From Felis catus (lineage: Eukaryota), in contig NC_058368.1 in the NCBI RefSeq assembly GCF_018350175.1, forward strand, positions 83,702,001 through 83,766,000: DNA of 64,000 nt, given 5' to 3'. Made by a program: the position numbers and the translations under genes. Of this stretch, positions 39,273-51,650 are shown one piece after another (the stretch's first letter is position 1; every line of letters starts with the position of its first letter). The notes beneath the pieces were generated by a model. The model was given only the letters and a program-made list of their open reading frames with translations, made no database searches and was not told the origin of the DNA.

Positions 39273-41297
39273 GAAAAAAAAAAAAAAGGAAGGAATTAAC
39301 CATCAGTAGCATTTCTCTATTATAAATGCTAGAGTTTTTTTTAAGACAATATAAAAGTATCCTAATTAACAACATAAAGCGTATGAATATATAAAACTCA
39401 CTGGTAAAGGTAAATATATAGTCAAATTCTGAATTTTCTAATACTGTAATAACTAACTGTTAACTTTAGTACGAAGTTAAAAGACAAACATTAAAATAAC
39501 TATAAATATGATGATTTGATAATGAATACACAATATTAAAATTTTAAATTACAACAATAACATCAAATGTAAGCAGAAAAAAGTAAAACTGTAAACTTTT
39601 TGTGTTTGATCAAATTTAAACTGTAATCAGCCTAAAATAGGGTGTCATAACTATGTTATAGCATATATTATAACTATGTTATATTTTATGTAAGTCTCAT
39701 GGCAATCAGAAAGGATAAATCTACAATAGACTATATAAAATATAAATGCATATGTGGAAAAGAATCAAAACATATCAGCACAAAAGTGCTGAAATCACAA
39801 GTAAAATAAGAGAGAAAGAAATGAAGAAGGGAATTACAAGTGTCAAAACAATTAATAAGATGGTAATAGTAAGTCCTCATCTATAAATAATCACTTTAAA
39901 CAGAATCTAATAGAATTATCCTATCAAAGACATAGAGTGTCTGAATGGGTAAGCAAAGAACATGAAAAATATATAATTCCTACAAGAGACTCATTAAGTA
40001 CAACTATAGGCTGATAGTGAAGGGTGGAAAAATATATTCTATATAATGTATAAGCAAAAACAGAGCAGAGGTGACTATGCACATATAAGATAAAATATAC
40101 TTATTTCAATAACTCATAAGAGACAAATAAGTTTATTAATGATAATGGAGCAAATTCATTAAGAGGATGAATGGACCACATTTTGTCAATATATGATCCA
40201 ACATCAGAGCAGCTGTATATGTGAAGTAAATACTAACAGATATGAAAAGAGTAATAGACAAAATACAATAATATGAGGGGATCTCAATATCCCATTTTCA
40301 AGAATGGATGGATCATCCAGAAAGAGCATCCAGATAGAAAATCAGTATAGAAACATAGGATCTGAACACAACAGGCATATAAAGAATATTCTATCAACAG
40401 CAGCAGTATACTTATTCTTCTCAAGCACAAATAGAACATTGTCCATTATAGATTTTATGGTAGGCCATAAAAAATTCTTAATTAGTAAAGATTGAAATAT
40501 ACCAACTATCATTTCCAAATACAATAAAATAAAACTAGAATTTAATAATAGGAAGAAAAAAATTTAATTTATAAATATGTGGAAATTTAAACAACACATT
40601 TCTGAACAACCAATTGGTAAAAGAAAAAAAAAAACAAGACAGAAATGAAATTTTTTGGAAAGAAATAAAAATAGAAACACAACATACCAACGTTTATGAA
40701 ACAATGACACAAAAGCAGATCTAAGAGGCATGTCCTTTATTAGGAGGAAAAAAACATATTAAACAAGAATGTTAAGGACTCAGATTACTTACTGCACTTA
40801 ATATTAGTGAGGCATTTAAAATAAAATATCAATATAAGAAATATTTGCCAGTTCTAGTTGAAAAGATGTACAGTAGTAAAACATTTATGCAATTTTGATC
40901 AGAAATTTAAATTTCTAAGTAAATTAATTTATCAGGTAACTAAAGATTATATGCTTAATTTCCTTAAACTTTCAAATAAGCATTTTGAAGCAAATATAAT
41001 GATTCTCTATATTACTTTTTAAAAAGTGATGTAAAGTAATTCTTCCATTTTATGTCAAGGAATTATGGCAATTAATATTGTGTAAACTGTCCTCAGCCAT
41101 TCTGCCCTTTCTTCTTTTGCTACTTCCTGACATTTATAAACAGAAATGCCCCACATTCCAACCATCAACATCTGGTGTTTCATTATCTGGCTCTTAGAGA
41201 ATGTTTATATCCAATAAAATTATTCAATTGGTAAAAACTCATAATAGGTTCTAAGATCTTTATGCATACCAAAGCCTGCTCTTTAAAATAAGGGATA

Positions 41298-41525
41298 GGG
41301 GTGCCTGGGTGGCTTAGTTGGTTAAACATCTGACTCTTGATTTTGATTCAGGTCATGATCTCATAGTGCCTGGGATTGAGCTCCACTTTGGGCTCTGCCC
41401 TGTCAGATGTGCTCTGCACTGTCAGAGTTCTCTGCGCTCTGCTTAGGATTCTTTCTCCCTCTCTGTCTGCCCCCCCCCCAATCTCGCTCTCTCTCTCCCT
41501 CCCTCAAAATAAGTAAAATAAAAAT
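41298..41525 (+). mobile_element. Can-SINE
   Basis: ggggtgcctgggtggcttagttggttaa head and A-rich tail. Confidence 0.88.
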
Positions 41526-42642
41526 GCTAAAAATACTACAATTAACTAAGGGATTATAAAGGTTCAATTTATTTGACATGATCCCATCTAGTCCTTTTAT
41601 TTGGTGGAAATTTGGAAAATAGATGTACATTTTGATGCTTCAAAACTGACCTGGTCAAAAGCATGGATTAACTTGCATTGCAGATGGGTCAGGTTTAGGG
41701 ACATATTTAAATTCTAGTATAATTTTTGGCTATAATCAATCAGCAAGTTCACATCTAGATTTCAATGTGATTGTTATTTCTAACAATAGTTAACATTTAT
41801 GTAAATGTTACACACAGAATCCTGTGATTATTTTTTTCTTCAAACAATTACAATTCATAGAGTATATATTGGAATACCTGATATTCTAGGTATATGAGCC
41901 AGCCTTTTCTTGGATCAGTGATACTGCCTCTTCTTTGATGATCCCTTTTGGCTTAGAATTTTTGTGATATTCCAGTTACAAATCTTGGATAATTAAAATA
42001 GGAAAAAATAAAATTGCTGGACAAAGGAATGTAAAATTGTCAACTGAAGGGCAAATGGGAGCATATGCTCCCTTAGTAATATGCAAAACTTTGACTTCTT
42101 CACCTACTTCTTTGTATCATTGAGTATTTAGGAGTCAGGTTAGTAGAACCCACAGAATGATATAAGCACTACATTTTGAATCTAAAGCTATGGGAAAATA
42201 TGAATAGTAATGGAGTACGGGGTCTCCCCACAGGGATAATATGCCTTGATTTAGGATATGGCTTGTTAATACTGGCTACACCACAGGGACTATGATCCCA
42301 ACTCACCAATTAAACTTGGAGAGATTCAGTGGAGATTTATGGTCATGAGATCACTTCTGAAAACTAACAAACAAAACAAAACAAAACAAAACAAAACAAA
42401 ACAAAAAATCTTATTATCCAATATACCTAAATACCCTCAATAAAATTCTAATAAACCCAACATATACAATTATATTTATGCTTCTAGGCTTTTTAAACAT
42501 TATTTAATCATCACTACATATATTAACCTTCCAACAAAAAATTTGAAAGGGAAGTTAAAAACTGAAAATTATTATATAAATACAAGAATTAAATTGAAAA
42601 AAAAATTGATATTTGGAAGCAAGTAAGAAAAAGAAAGTTCAC

Positions 42643-42815
42643 TCTTGGTCTTGACTCAGGTCATAATATCACGATTTGTGAAATTGAGCCCCGCAACAGG
42701 CTTTGTGCTGGAGCCTGGTTGGGATTCTCTCTCTCCTTCTCTCTCTGCCCTTCCCCCACTCTCTTTCTCTCTCTGTCTCTCTCAAAATAAATAAATAAAC
42801 TTAAAAAAACAAATA
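42643..42815 (+). mobile_element. 5'-truncated Can-SINE
   Basis: Lacks the A-box head; TSD aaagttcac at about 42634 and 42816. Confidence 0.82.
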
Positions 42816-43199
42816 AAGTTCACATGAAGGAAAATATATTCAAAACTTAAAAATTATATTGAATCAAGATAAAAGAAAAATAGTATTTGTTTTGTCTGGG
42901 ACTATGATTCCATTTGAGTTTTTCTGTAAATACATGAAATAATTTTGGAAGTTTTTACAAAAACAGCAAATGCACCTTTATGGAATAATTATGTATCCAT
43001 TATAGTCATTATTTCTATAAGAATTGTAAATATAAAGATTAATCAAATGTCAAGAGACTTTTTTGAAAGAGGGATGTGAAATCAATCTTTTACATTTATA
43101 TATTTTAATTATAATAAAATGCATGCAACATAAAATTTATCACTTGAACCATTTTTGAGGAGGCTTTTGAAACCAATTCCCTGTCTTTTCATTGCTGTT

Positions 43200-43693
43200 G
43201 TTAAAGTATAGTTGACATGCAATGTTACTTTAGTTTAAGCTAGATATATAGTGATTTGAAAATTCTATGCATTACACAATGCTTACCAGGATTCGTGTAG
43301 TTACCATCTGTTACCATACAAAGTTATTACACTACTGTTATCTATAACCCCTATGCTGTACTTTACACCCCCATAATTTATTTTTATTATAACAGGAAGT
43401 TTACATCTCTTAATCCCCTCCACCTGTTTCACACATCCTCCATCTACCTTTCTTCAGGGAAACACCAATTTCTTTTCTGTATTTATAAATGCTAAATAAT
43501 CCTGTATTTTCTATGTCTTTATTTCTTTTGTTTGTTTTTTCAAGATTCCACATATAAGTGAAATCATATGACATTTATCTTTCCCAGTCATACTTATTGC
43601 ATGCACCTTGCATAATACCTTCAAGATCCATCCATGTTGTTATGAATGACAAGAATTCATAAGACTTATGTTTTATGACCGAATAATGTTACC

Positions 43694-43763
<70 letters not shown>

Positions 43764-45500
43764 ATCATACTTTATTTTTCCACTTATCTATTGACAGATA
43801 TGTACATTGCTTACATAATTTGGCTATCATAAGTAATGCTACAATAAACATGTAAGTGAATATAGGTTCAAATTAGTGTTTTGGATTTCTCTGGCTAAAT
43901 TCCAGTAGTGGAAATACTGGATTATTCGGTATTTCCATTTAAAATTTTTGAGGCACTGTCATACTGTTTCTGTAGTTGTTGCACCAATTTACATTCCCAC
44001 CAACAGTGAATAAGTGTTTAATTTTCTTCACATCATTGCCAGAACTTTTTATTCCTTGGCTTTTGGTACTAGCCAATTGATTAATGTGAGGTATATTGTG
44101 GTTTGGATTTGCATTTCCCTAATGATGAGTGATATCGAGCATCTTTTCATCTGTATGTTAACTATCTGTATGTCTTCTTTGGAAAAATGTCTATTAGTCG
44201 TCCGCTCGTTTTTAATGAGTTTATTTCTTTTTTAATGTTGAGCTGTATAAATTCTTTATATATTTTGGATGTTACACCTTATTGTATACATGATTTGCAA
44301 AAATGTTCTCCCATTCAATGGGTTGCCTTTTCATTGTGTTGATGGTTTCCTCTACTATGCAAAAGTGGCTTTTTATCTGTTTTTTGTTTCTCTTGCTTCA
44401 GGAAGCATTCATAAATATATTGCTAAGGCTGATGTCCAAGAGATTACAGCCTATGTTTATTTTAAGACTTTTATGGTTTCTCATCTCAAATTTAGGTCCT
44501 TAATCCACTTTGAATTTATTTTAGTGTAAGAAAATAGTCCAGTTTTATTCTTTTGGATTTAGCTGGACAGTTTTCCCAACACCATTTATAGAAAAGACTA
44601 TTTCCTCCATTCTCTATTCTTGCTTCCTTTATTATAGATTAATTGGCCATAGAGATGTGGAGTTATTTCTTGGATCTGTATATTGTTCTATTGATTATAT
44701 GTCCATTTTTTGTGCCACTGCCATATTGTTCTCATTGTAGTATATCTTCAAATATGGGATTGTGATACTCCAAAGTTTTTCTTCTTTGTCCAGATTTCTC
44801 TGGCTATCTGAGGTCTTTAGTGGCTCCATGGAAATTTGAGAATTAGTTGTTCCAGTTCTGTGACAAGAACAATTGAAGAGGATTGCTTTGGGTACTGTGG
44901 ACATTTTAAAAATACTGATTCTTCTAGTCATTGAAAACAAAATATATATCCATTTGTTCATTTTATCTTCAATTTCATTCAGCAATTCATCATGTTTCAG
45001 AGTATAAGTCTTTCAGTTTATTATTGAATTTATTCCTAGGTAATTTTTGGTGAAATTGTAAATGTGATTGGTTTCTTGATTTCTCTTTCTGCTACTTTGT
45101 TATTAGTATTTAGAAATAAAACATATTTATGTATATAAATTTTACATTCTGAACCTTACTGAATTCATTCATCTGTTCTAATAGATTTTTGGTGGAGTCT
45201 TTAGGGTTTTTCATACGTATAATCATGTCATCTTCATATACTGACAGTTTTACTTCTTCCTTACCAATCTGGATGCTTTCTATTTCTTTTCCTTGTTGAC
45301 TGCTGTGGCTAGAACTTCCAGGATTGTGTTTAATGAAAGGGGTGAAAGTGGGCACTTTTGTGTTTCCTGATCTGAGAGGAAAAGATCTTAGTTTTTCACC
45401 ATTAAGTATGGTGTTAGCCATCAGTTTTTCAAATGTGGCCTATATTATATTGAGACATGTTCCTCTAAATTAATTTTAAGTTTTTAATGAATGAATGCTG
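43200..45500 (-). mobile_element. Old LINE-1 3' half (ORF2 RT end to 3' UTR), with (TG)n(GA)n at 43695-43762
   Basis: ORF fragment MANTILNGEKLRSFPLRSG...[18 protein letters not shown] (45110-45421); L1 3' end near 43200. Confidence 0.88.
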
Positions 45501-45514
45501 TCCCATCAAGATTC

Positions 45515-45883
45515 TTATTTTGAGCTCCAGATGGGTTGCCTTTGAGTAGTAAAAGCCTGTACTTTAGGGAGGCAAGGGGGAAGGAGAAGGAGAAGTTTTA
45601 ACCAATCTGGAGGGTTTCTGATGAGGGTTCTCCATGCCCCAATGTATGAGATTTGATCTTTGTGCCTAGAAAAGACAATATCATGAACTTTATACACCAA
45701 AGTGAGGTCAAATGTCCCCTGTGGAGGCCATTTGACCTGAAAGCTGGTCCATTCTACCTTGCAGAGAGTTTGAAGGACTGGCTTCTTAATGTGGAGGCCA
45801 AAAACTGAGGCAGCTCTCCTATAATCCTGGAAATGGGTTAGTATGAGACTCAGAGGGGTGGGGGTACTCTGATTTTGACCCAT
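45515..45883 (-). pseudogene. gag: Gag matrix (MA/p15)-like ORF, 122 aa, truncated gag
   Basis: MGQNQSTPTPLSLILTHF (myristoylation-type start), LCKVEWTSFQVKWPPQGTF and HKDQISYIGAW...NPPDWLK parallel the gammaretroviral MA motifs EWPxFxVGWPxxGTF and HPDQVPYIxxW...PPxWVK. Confidence 0.88.
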
Positions 45884-46173
45884 GACAAAGATAGGCAGAA
45901 CTGATAGGACGCACAGTCAACAGGAACAAGACAAGACACGAAGAAAACACAAGTTTGAGATCTCAAGGCCAGTAGGCCGTGGCAGCCACCTGAAAATAGG
46001 ATCCTTCTTGACAAAAACCAAACCGACTCTGGGTCTATAGCCGCATCTGGCAGACGCTCCTGAGTCATTCAAATGGCGCTCCCCAAGAATTCCTTCCTTC
46101 TCCCAATCCTGAGCCTTCACCCAGGGGTCGACAGAGCAATCCAAGGAAATGGCCCTGTTTCAGACCTTTAACT

Positions 46174-46191
46174 TTTCCGGCCAACGCACCA
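46174..46191 (-). other. Primer-binding site complementary to the tRNA-Gly 3' end
   Basis: Minus strand TGGTGCGTTGGCCGGAAA is a 17/18 match to the complement of the recalled tRNA-Gly(TCC) 3' end TTCCCGGCCAACGCACCA. Confidence 0.88.
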
Positions 46192-46193
46192 AA

Positions 46194-46685
46194 TGTTGCA
46201 TCCACAGGAATCCTGAAACAGAATGCCACAGGTACCAGTGACAGTCACAACAAAGTTTATTACAAGGAGAGGCAAGGCCGACCGATTGGAACCAACAGTC
46301 TTGATAAGAATGCGGCCCGAACAGCCAGGGTACAGAGTTTTTATAGCCCATCACATCGTTTTATATCACCTGGGAACAGAACAAAGAAACAGTTCCCAGA
46401 CGAGTTAGAAACAGTTGCCAGATGATTTAGAAACAGTTGCCTAATGAGGTGTTTATTTTAGATTTTCTGCTTCTAAGTTGCAACCAGTAGATCTCCTTGA
46501 CCCTGCCTCTGATGCTCTTTTCTTTGAACTTTTGTTTCCTTAATTGGTGAAGCCTAATTTACAAGAGTATGAAGCCTAATTTACAAGAGTAAAGCAAGGC
46601 TGTTCTCTCTTAACCTTCAGTGTCAACACAAAGCTGTTATTTTTCAAGCTAAGTTTTAGCCCTACCCTACAATTTAACCCTTACA
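46194..46685 (-). promoter_or_regulatory. Retroviral LTR, 492 bp
   Basis: On the minus strand it begins TGTAAGGG and ends TGCAACA. TATAAAAA at 46338-46345, AATAAA at 46256-46261, direct repeats in U3, PBS 2 nt downstream. Confidence 0.9.
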
Positions 46686-48057
46686 GTATAATAATAATTT
46701 TAAACTTTTTGTCATGTAGATACTTACCTCAATCTCACTGAGTATATTTTCTAAAGTTTCTCTTTTTCTTTCTTTTGGAGAATATTCCTGTGTCCCCAAT
46801 TTGTTTGATTTTATGCATTTATTTGTCCAAATTAGGTGAAAGTTACTTCCCTTAATGTTGAAAGAGTGTTCCTATATAGGAACATTCTATGTGTAGGCCA
46901 CCTGTGCCTGGCAGTTTTGGCAGATGGAGCCGTAGCAAGTTTGGGCTGTGGGCCCCTAAGCACTCTGCAATGGGACCACTCTGGTTGGATGTCTGGAGCT
47001 CCAGTTAGTGTGGGCCAGTTGTTTCTGGGCTACTCTGCACAGAACTTTGCCCTGTAAGGACAGAAGGAGCTAACACACATGAAGGTAGCGTGTTCCCAAT
47101 GTGTTCCACACAGACTGTGCCCTGGTGAGATGGTTGCAGATGAAGTAGGTGCATGCCAGTTTTCCCATGGTGATCCTTGCAAAGGTAGCCTGGTGAGATG
47201 CCTGAAGATAAAGCATACATGTATCATGGTGTCCTCAGGTGATGGCTCATGGTTCATCGTCCTGATGTGTTCCATGCAACAGATGTCCTAAAAGCACAGT
47301 TGGAACTGGAGTAGACAAAGTTAGGGATAACAGGGTGATTTATGCAGAGAGTACCCTAGCAGGATGGATTGAGCTGGAACAAGCATGGAGTGGATGTCTT
47401 GGTATGCAATGGACTTGTGCTGCTTTGGCAAGATATCCTGAGCTGTAGTTAGTGCAGGCTGTATGTCCTGGTTGTGCCAATCTGGAACCACCTTGGTAGG
47501 AGAGCGGGAGCTGATTTGGTGCACCTGGGTGAGCCACTTTGTGTGAATGGCTGGAAGCAATTGGTTCTGGGCTTGCTGAGGGATTAAGACAAGAACAGTG
47601 CTCAGACCCTGCTACTATGTGAACCATAAAGGTGGAGGGAGAACATAAGTAGTGCCATTTGCCAAATTCTTGGACCCCATAGAGAGTTCCAGCAGTTTCC
47701 CCACCATTTTACATAAGCTCCAGGGTCAGTGAATGTATATTCTTCATTTCTAGTCTAGTTTCCCTTTAAACTCAGGCTTTTTTGTGCCTCAAGACAAGTG
47801 AGTTTATACTTTTTTTTCAGTGTTACCCCTACTAGTGCAGTTTTCAACATCAAAGTTAGGGTTACCATCATTATGGTTACTCCATCTCTCTGGCCATTCT
47901 CTATGTGATTCCTTTATCCCTTGTTGTGAAGGAGCTGTACAATCGGCCCTCAGTTTTTCTTTAGGAGAAACTGCTCTAAATATAGGTGTAGATTTTGTGT
48001 ATCCATGGGGTGTGAGTTCAGGTGTTTCCTACACTGCAACCTTATACGCTCCACATT
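46686..48057 (-). mobile_element. Old LINE-1 5' UTR and ORF1 start, probably the 5' part of the 43200-45500 element
   Basis: GC-richer L1M-type 5' region ending in an L1-start-like antisense motif (ttcctacactgcaacctt); same orientation as the 3' half. Confidence 0.6.
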
Positions 48058-48065
48058 AACAGTAA

Positions 48066-48345
48066 TTGTATAATTCAGTGGTATTAACTACATGCATATT
48101 GTTGTGCAAATCATAAATACCATCCATCTCCAGAATTTATTCCATCTAGTAAAATTCAAATTACAGACATTAAACATTATATTCTCTTTCAACCCCCTAG
48201 AAACCACCATTATACTTTATTTTTATATAAATTTAACTAGTTTAACTATTGTATATAAGTGGTATTAAACAGTATTTGTCATATTGTGACTGTACTGTTT
48301 CATTTAGCATAATGTCCTCAAGGTACATCAATGTTATAGTGTGTA
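48066..48345 (-). mobile_element. L1MB-like 3' fragment; its other half is at about 43105-43158
   Basis: cataaaatttatcacttgaaccatttttgag (ending 43158) continues as tgtataattcagtggtattaactacatgcatattgttgtgcaa (48067) in the recalled L1MB 3' end. Confidence 0.65.
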
Positions 48346-48659
48346 TTTACTAAGTAATTATTACTTTTAATGTCATGGGAAAGCCTTAGCCTTTATAACA
48401 GAAATGGAGGGCCAGGTACCTCTCATTAGTAAAGGTCTTCTGAATGGATGAGCAAAATATGAAGTGTCATGTTTATGAAAACAAAAACCTGACTACACCA
48501 GAAGAATCCAGAAAGACTAGCATAAAGAGCACTATAAAAATGGTCCCTTCTCAGAGGCATAACCCTGAAATCACCAAAGCAGGCCCTTCAGCAAATACAG
48601 TTTTAGTCAGGCTATTTAACATATTTGTAAAATATGTTATAATAAAACTTCATTGAGAT

Positions 48660-49114
48660 TTTAAAAAAATAGTGATTATTTATTTATTTATTTATTTTGA
48701 GAGAGAGAGAAGGAGAGAGAGAGAGCACAAGTGGGGGAGGGGAAGAAATAGAGAATCCCAAGAAGTCCCCATGTTGCCAGCACAGAGCCCGATGGGGGGC
48801 CCAATCCCACAAATTATGAAATCATGACCTGAGCAGAAATCAAGAGTCAGATATTAACATACTGAGCCACCCAGATGCCCCAAGGATTTGTTTAAAGTTT
48901 ATTTATTTATTTTGAGAGAGACAGAGAGGGTACAAGTAGGCCCAAGTGTGGGAGAGAGAGACAGAGAGACAGAGACAGAGAGAGAGAATCCCAAGCAGAC
49001 TCCATGCTGCCAGTGTGTAGCCCAACATGAGGCTTGAACTCATGAACCATGAGATCATGACCTGAGCTGAAATCAAAAGTCAGACACAACCTACTGAGCC
49101 ACCCAGATACCCCC
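48660..49114 (-). mobile_element. Two tandem Can-SINEs (about 48660-48881 and 48890-49114)
   Basis: Two antisense SINEs, each ending gagccacccagat(g/a)cccc. Confidence 0.9.
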
Positions 49115-49364
49115 AAATTTTTATATTTAATATTTGGTATCTTAAGTTCTCAGGAAAAACAATAATGCAAATTTAAATAAATGACCAAAATGATTGACAT
49201 TATGAGTAATTTCAAATCAATGGCTTCACTACATTTGAAGAAATTTTGGTATCTTAATGATAGTACTAAATTTCATAATAAAAGATGGAACTTGCTTCAT
49301 ATAATATACATTTATTATATATTTTGCAGCATTTTTTACCTTGCCTCTAAGCTTTAATTTGATG

Positions 49365-51105
49365 ATCCTTATTGATATATAATTGGCATAAGACTGTAAA
49401 TTTAGGGTAAAAACATAATGATTTATTGCATGTATATATTGTAAGATGATTACAATAGGGTTAGTTAACACTTCTACCACCTCATTTATTTATCATTTTT
49501 CATGTTATTGTAAGATGATTACAATAGGGTTAGTTAACACTTCTACCACCTCATTTATTTATCATTTTTCATGTTTAAAATGAGAACGTTTAAGTTCTAC
49601 TATCTTAGCCAATTTCAAATATATAATATGGTATTGTTAACTAGAGTCACCATGGTATACATTATATCTAGAATAGGAGTGGAAACTTGTACATTTTGAC
49701 TAATATCTCCTCATTTCTCCTACACCCAAGTCCTTGATAACCATCATTCTCCTCTGTTTCTGTGAGTCTAACCTTTTTTAGATTCCACTTGTGTAATATC
49801 ATACAATACTTGTTTTTCCCTATCAGACTTAGCATAATGCTTTCAGGATCCATTCATATTGTAACAAGTGGCAGAATCTTTTTCTTTCTCATGGCTGTAT
49901 GTCATTCTATTGTATGTACCTATATCAATCTTTCTAAACCAATAATTACAGTGATGGATATTTTAATTGTTTTCATATTGTGGCTATTAAAATTATTATT
50001 GCAATGAACATGATAATGCAAATATTTCTTTGATATCCTAATTTTACTTATATTGTATGGGATGATGGATCATATGCTAGTTCAGTTTTAATTAGTCAAA
50101 GAACCTACAAACTATTTTCTATAATGGCTTTACCAATTCACAATGGGCTTCCATTGCTCCAAAATCTAGATGACATTTGTTATCTTTTGTCTTTTGATGA
50201 TAGCCATCTAATGGATGTGAGTTGATATTGTGGTTTTAATTTTCACGTCCATAAAATTAGAGAAGTTGAATAACTTTCCATGTACCTGTTGCCATTTGTA
50301 TGCCTTATTTGGGGGGGGGGGTGAGTCTATTCAGTTCCTCTGCTTATTTTAAATTGGATTATTTAATGTTTTTCTATTGAATTTTATGGCTTCTTTTTAT
50401 ATTTTGGATATTAATCCCTTATCAAATATATAATTATAAATATTGTCTCCAATCCATAGGTTGCATTTCATTTGTTGATAACTACGTTTGTTGTGCAGCA
50501 GCTTTAGTTTGATATACTCCCACTGGTTTAAATTTGCTTCTGATGTTAATCCAAAGCCAATGCCGAGACCAATGTCAAGGACCTTATTCACTATATTTTC
50601 TTTTTGGAGTTTTAGGGTTTGAAGATCTAGATTCAATTCCTTAATCCATTATGAGTTGTTTTTATGCATGGTGTATTATGGTGGTCCAGTTTGCATTCTT
50701 TGCATATGTCTATCCAGTTTTCCCAATACTATTTATTTAAGAGATGATAATTTTCACATTGTATATTCTTGGCTTTTAGTTATAAATGTATTGACCACAC
50801 ATGAGTGGTTTTATTTTGGGAATCCCTATTCTGTTCCATTGATCTAAATTTCTGTTTATATGCCACCACCATATTATTCTGATTACTATAGCTTTGTAAT
50901 ATACTTTGAAATCAGGTGTGTGATGCCTCCATATTTTTTCATCTTCAGATTGCTTTGGATATTTAGGGTCTTTTGTATCTCTGCATACACTTAAGGATGT
51001 TTTATTCCATTTGTTTGAAAAAGGACGTTGGAATTTTGAAAGAAATTTTATTTAATCACTAAATATCTTGAGTAATATGGAAAAATTTACAATGTTAACT
51101 CTTTT
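49365..51105 (-). mobile_element. L1MA-type 3' end and ORF2 end
   Basis: Antisense L1 3' UTR from about 49370; sequence stops at the GRINIVK-equivalent position (acaatgttaactctt). Confidence 0.8.
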
Positions 51106-51608
51106 ATCAATAAAACCAAAAGTTGTTCTTTAAGGATAAACAAATTGATAAAACTTTAGTCAGAGTAATCGAAGCATCAAAGAGAGAGGGAAAGAATGGA
51201 CCCAAATAAATAGAATCAGAAATGAATGAGAAAAATAACATCTGACACCATTGAAATACAAAGGGCTGTAAAACCACATGACAACATATATGCCAACAAT
51301 GTGAGCAAAATCTTAGAAATAGATGAATTACTAGAAACATACAAATTTCCAAAACTGAATCAGAAAGACATAGAAAATCTGAGTGGACCAATTACTAGTA
51401 AAAAAATTAAATAAAATAAGTCATTTATCAAAAAAACTACCAAAACATAAGTGTCTGAGACCAGATGGATTCACACGCTAATTTTGCAGAATATTTTAGG
51501 AGATAATACCTATTCTCAAACTATTCCAAAAAACAGAAGAGGAAAGAAAGCTTCCAGATATACTCTATAATGCCAGCATTACCCTGATACTAAAACCATG
51601 CAAGGACA

Positions 51609-51650
<42 letters not shown>

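Larger units (their letters stand above)
37690..40760 (+). mobile_element. Old L1M-type ORF1 and endonuclease remnant, interrupted by three SINEs
   Basis: ORF1-like ggaaacatgacaccacca; endonuclease-like ataatcactttaaa...cctacaagagactca...ggggatctcaatatccca. Confidence 0.7.
45502..46685 (-). mobile_element. Truncated gammaretrovirus-like (class I) endogenous retrovirus: 5' LTR, PBS, leader, gag matrix
   Basis: LTR, PBS and MA-like ORF occur in correct proviral order and orientation; no pol, env or second LTR in the window. Confidence 0.92.

Noticed and set aside
42057..42072. Perfect 16-bp palindrome GGGAGCATATGCTCCC in unique sequence
   Set aside because: About one such palindrome is expected by chance in 64 kb (4^-8 per position), and there is no supporting context.
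46385..46441. Short spaced repeats resembling a CRISPR array
   Set aside because: Only three units with spacers of a few bases, inside a retroviral LTR in mammalian DNA; no cas genes.
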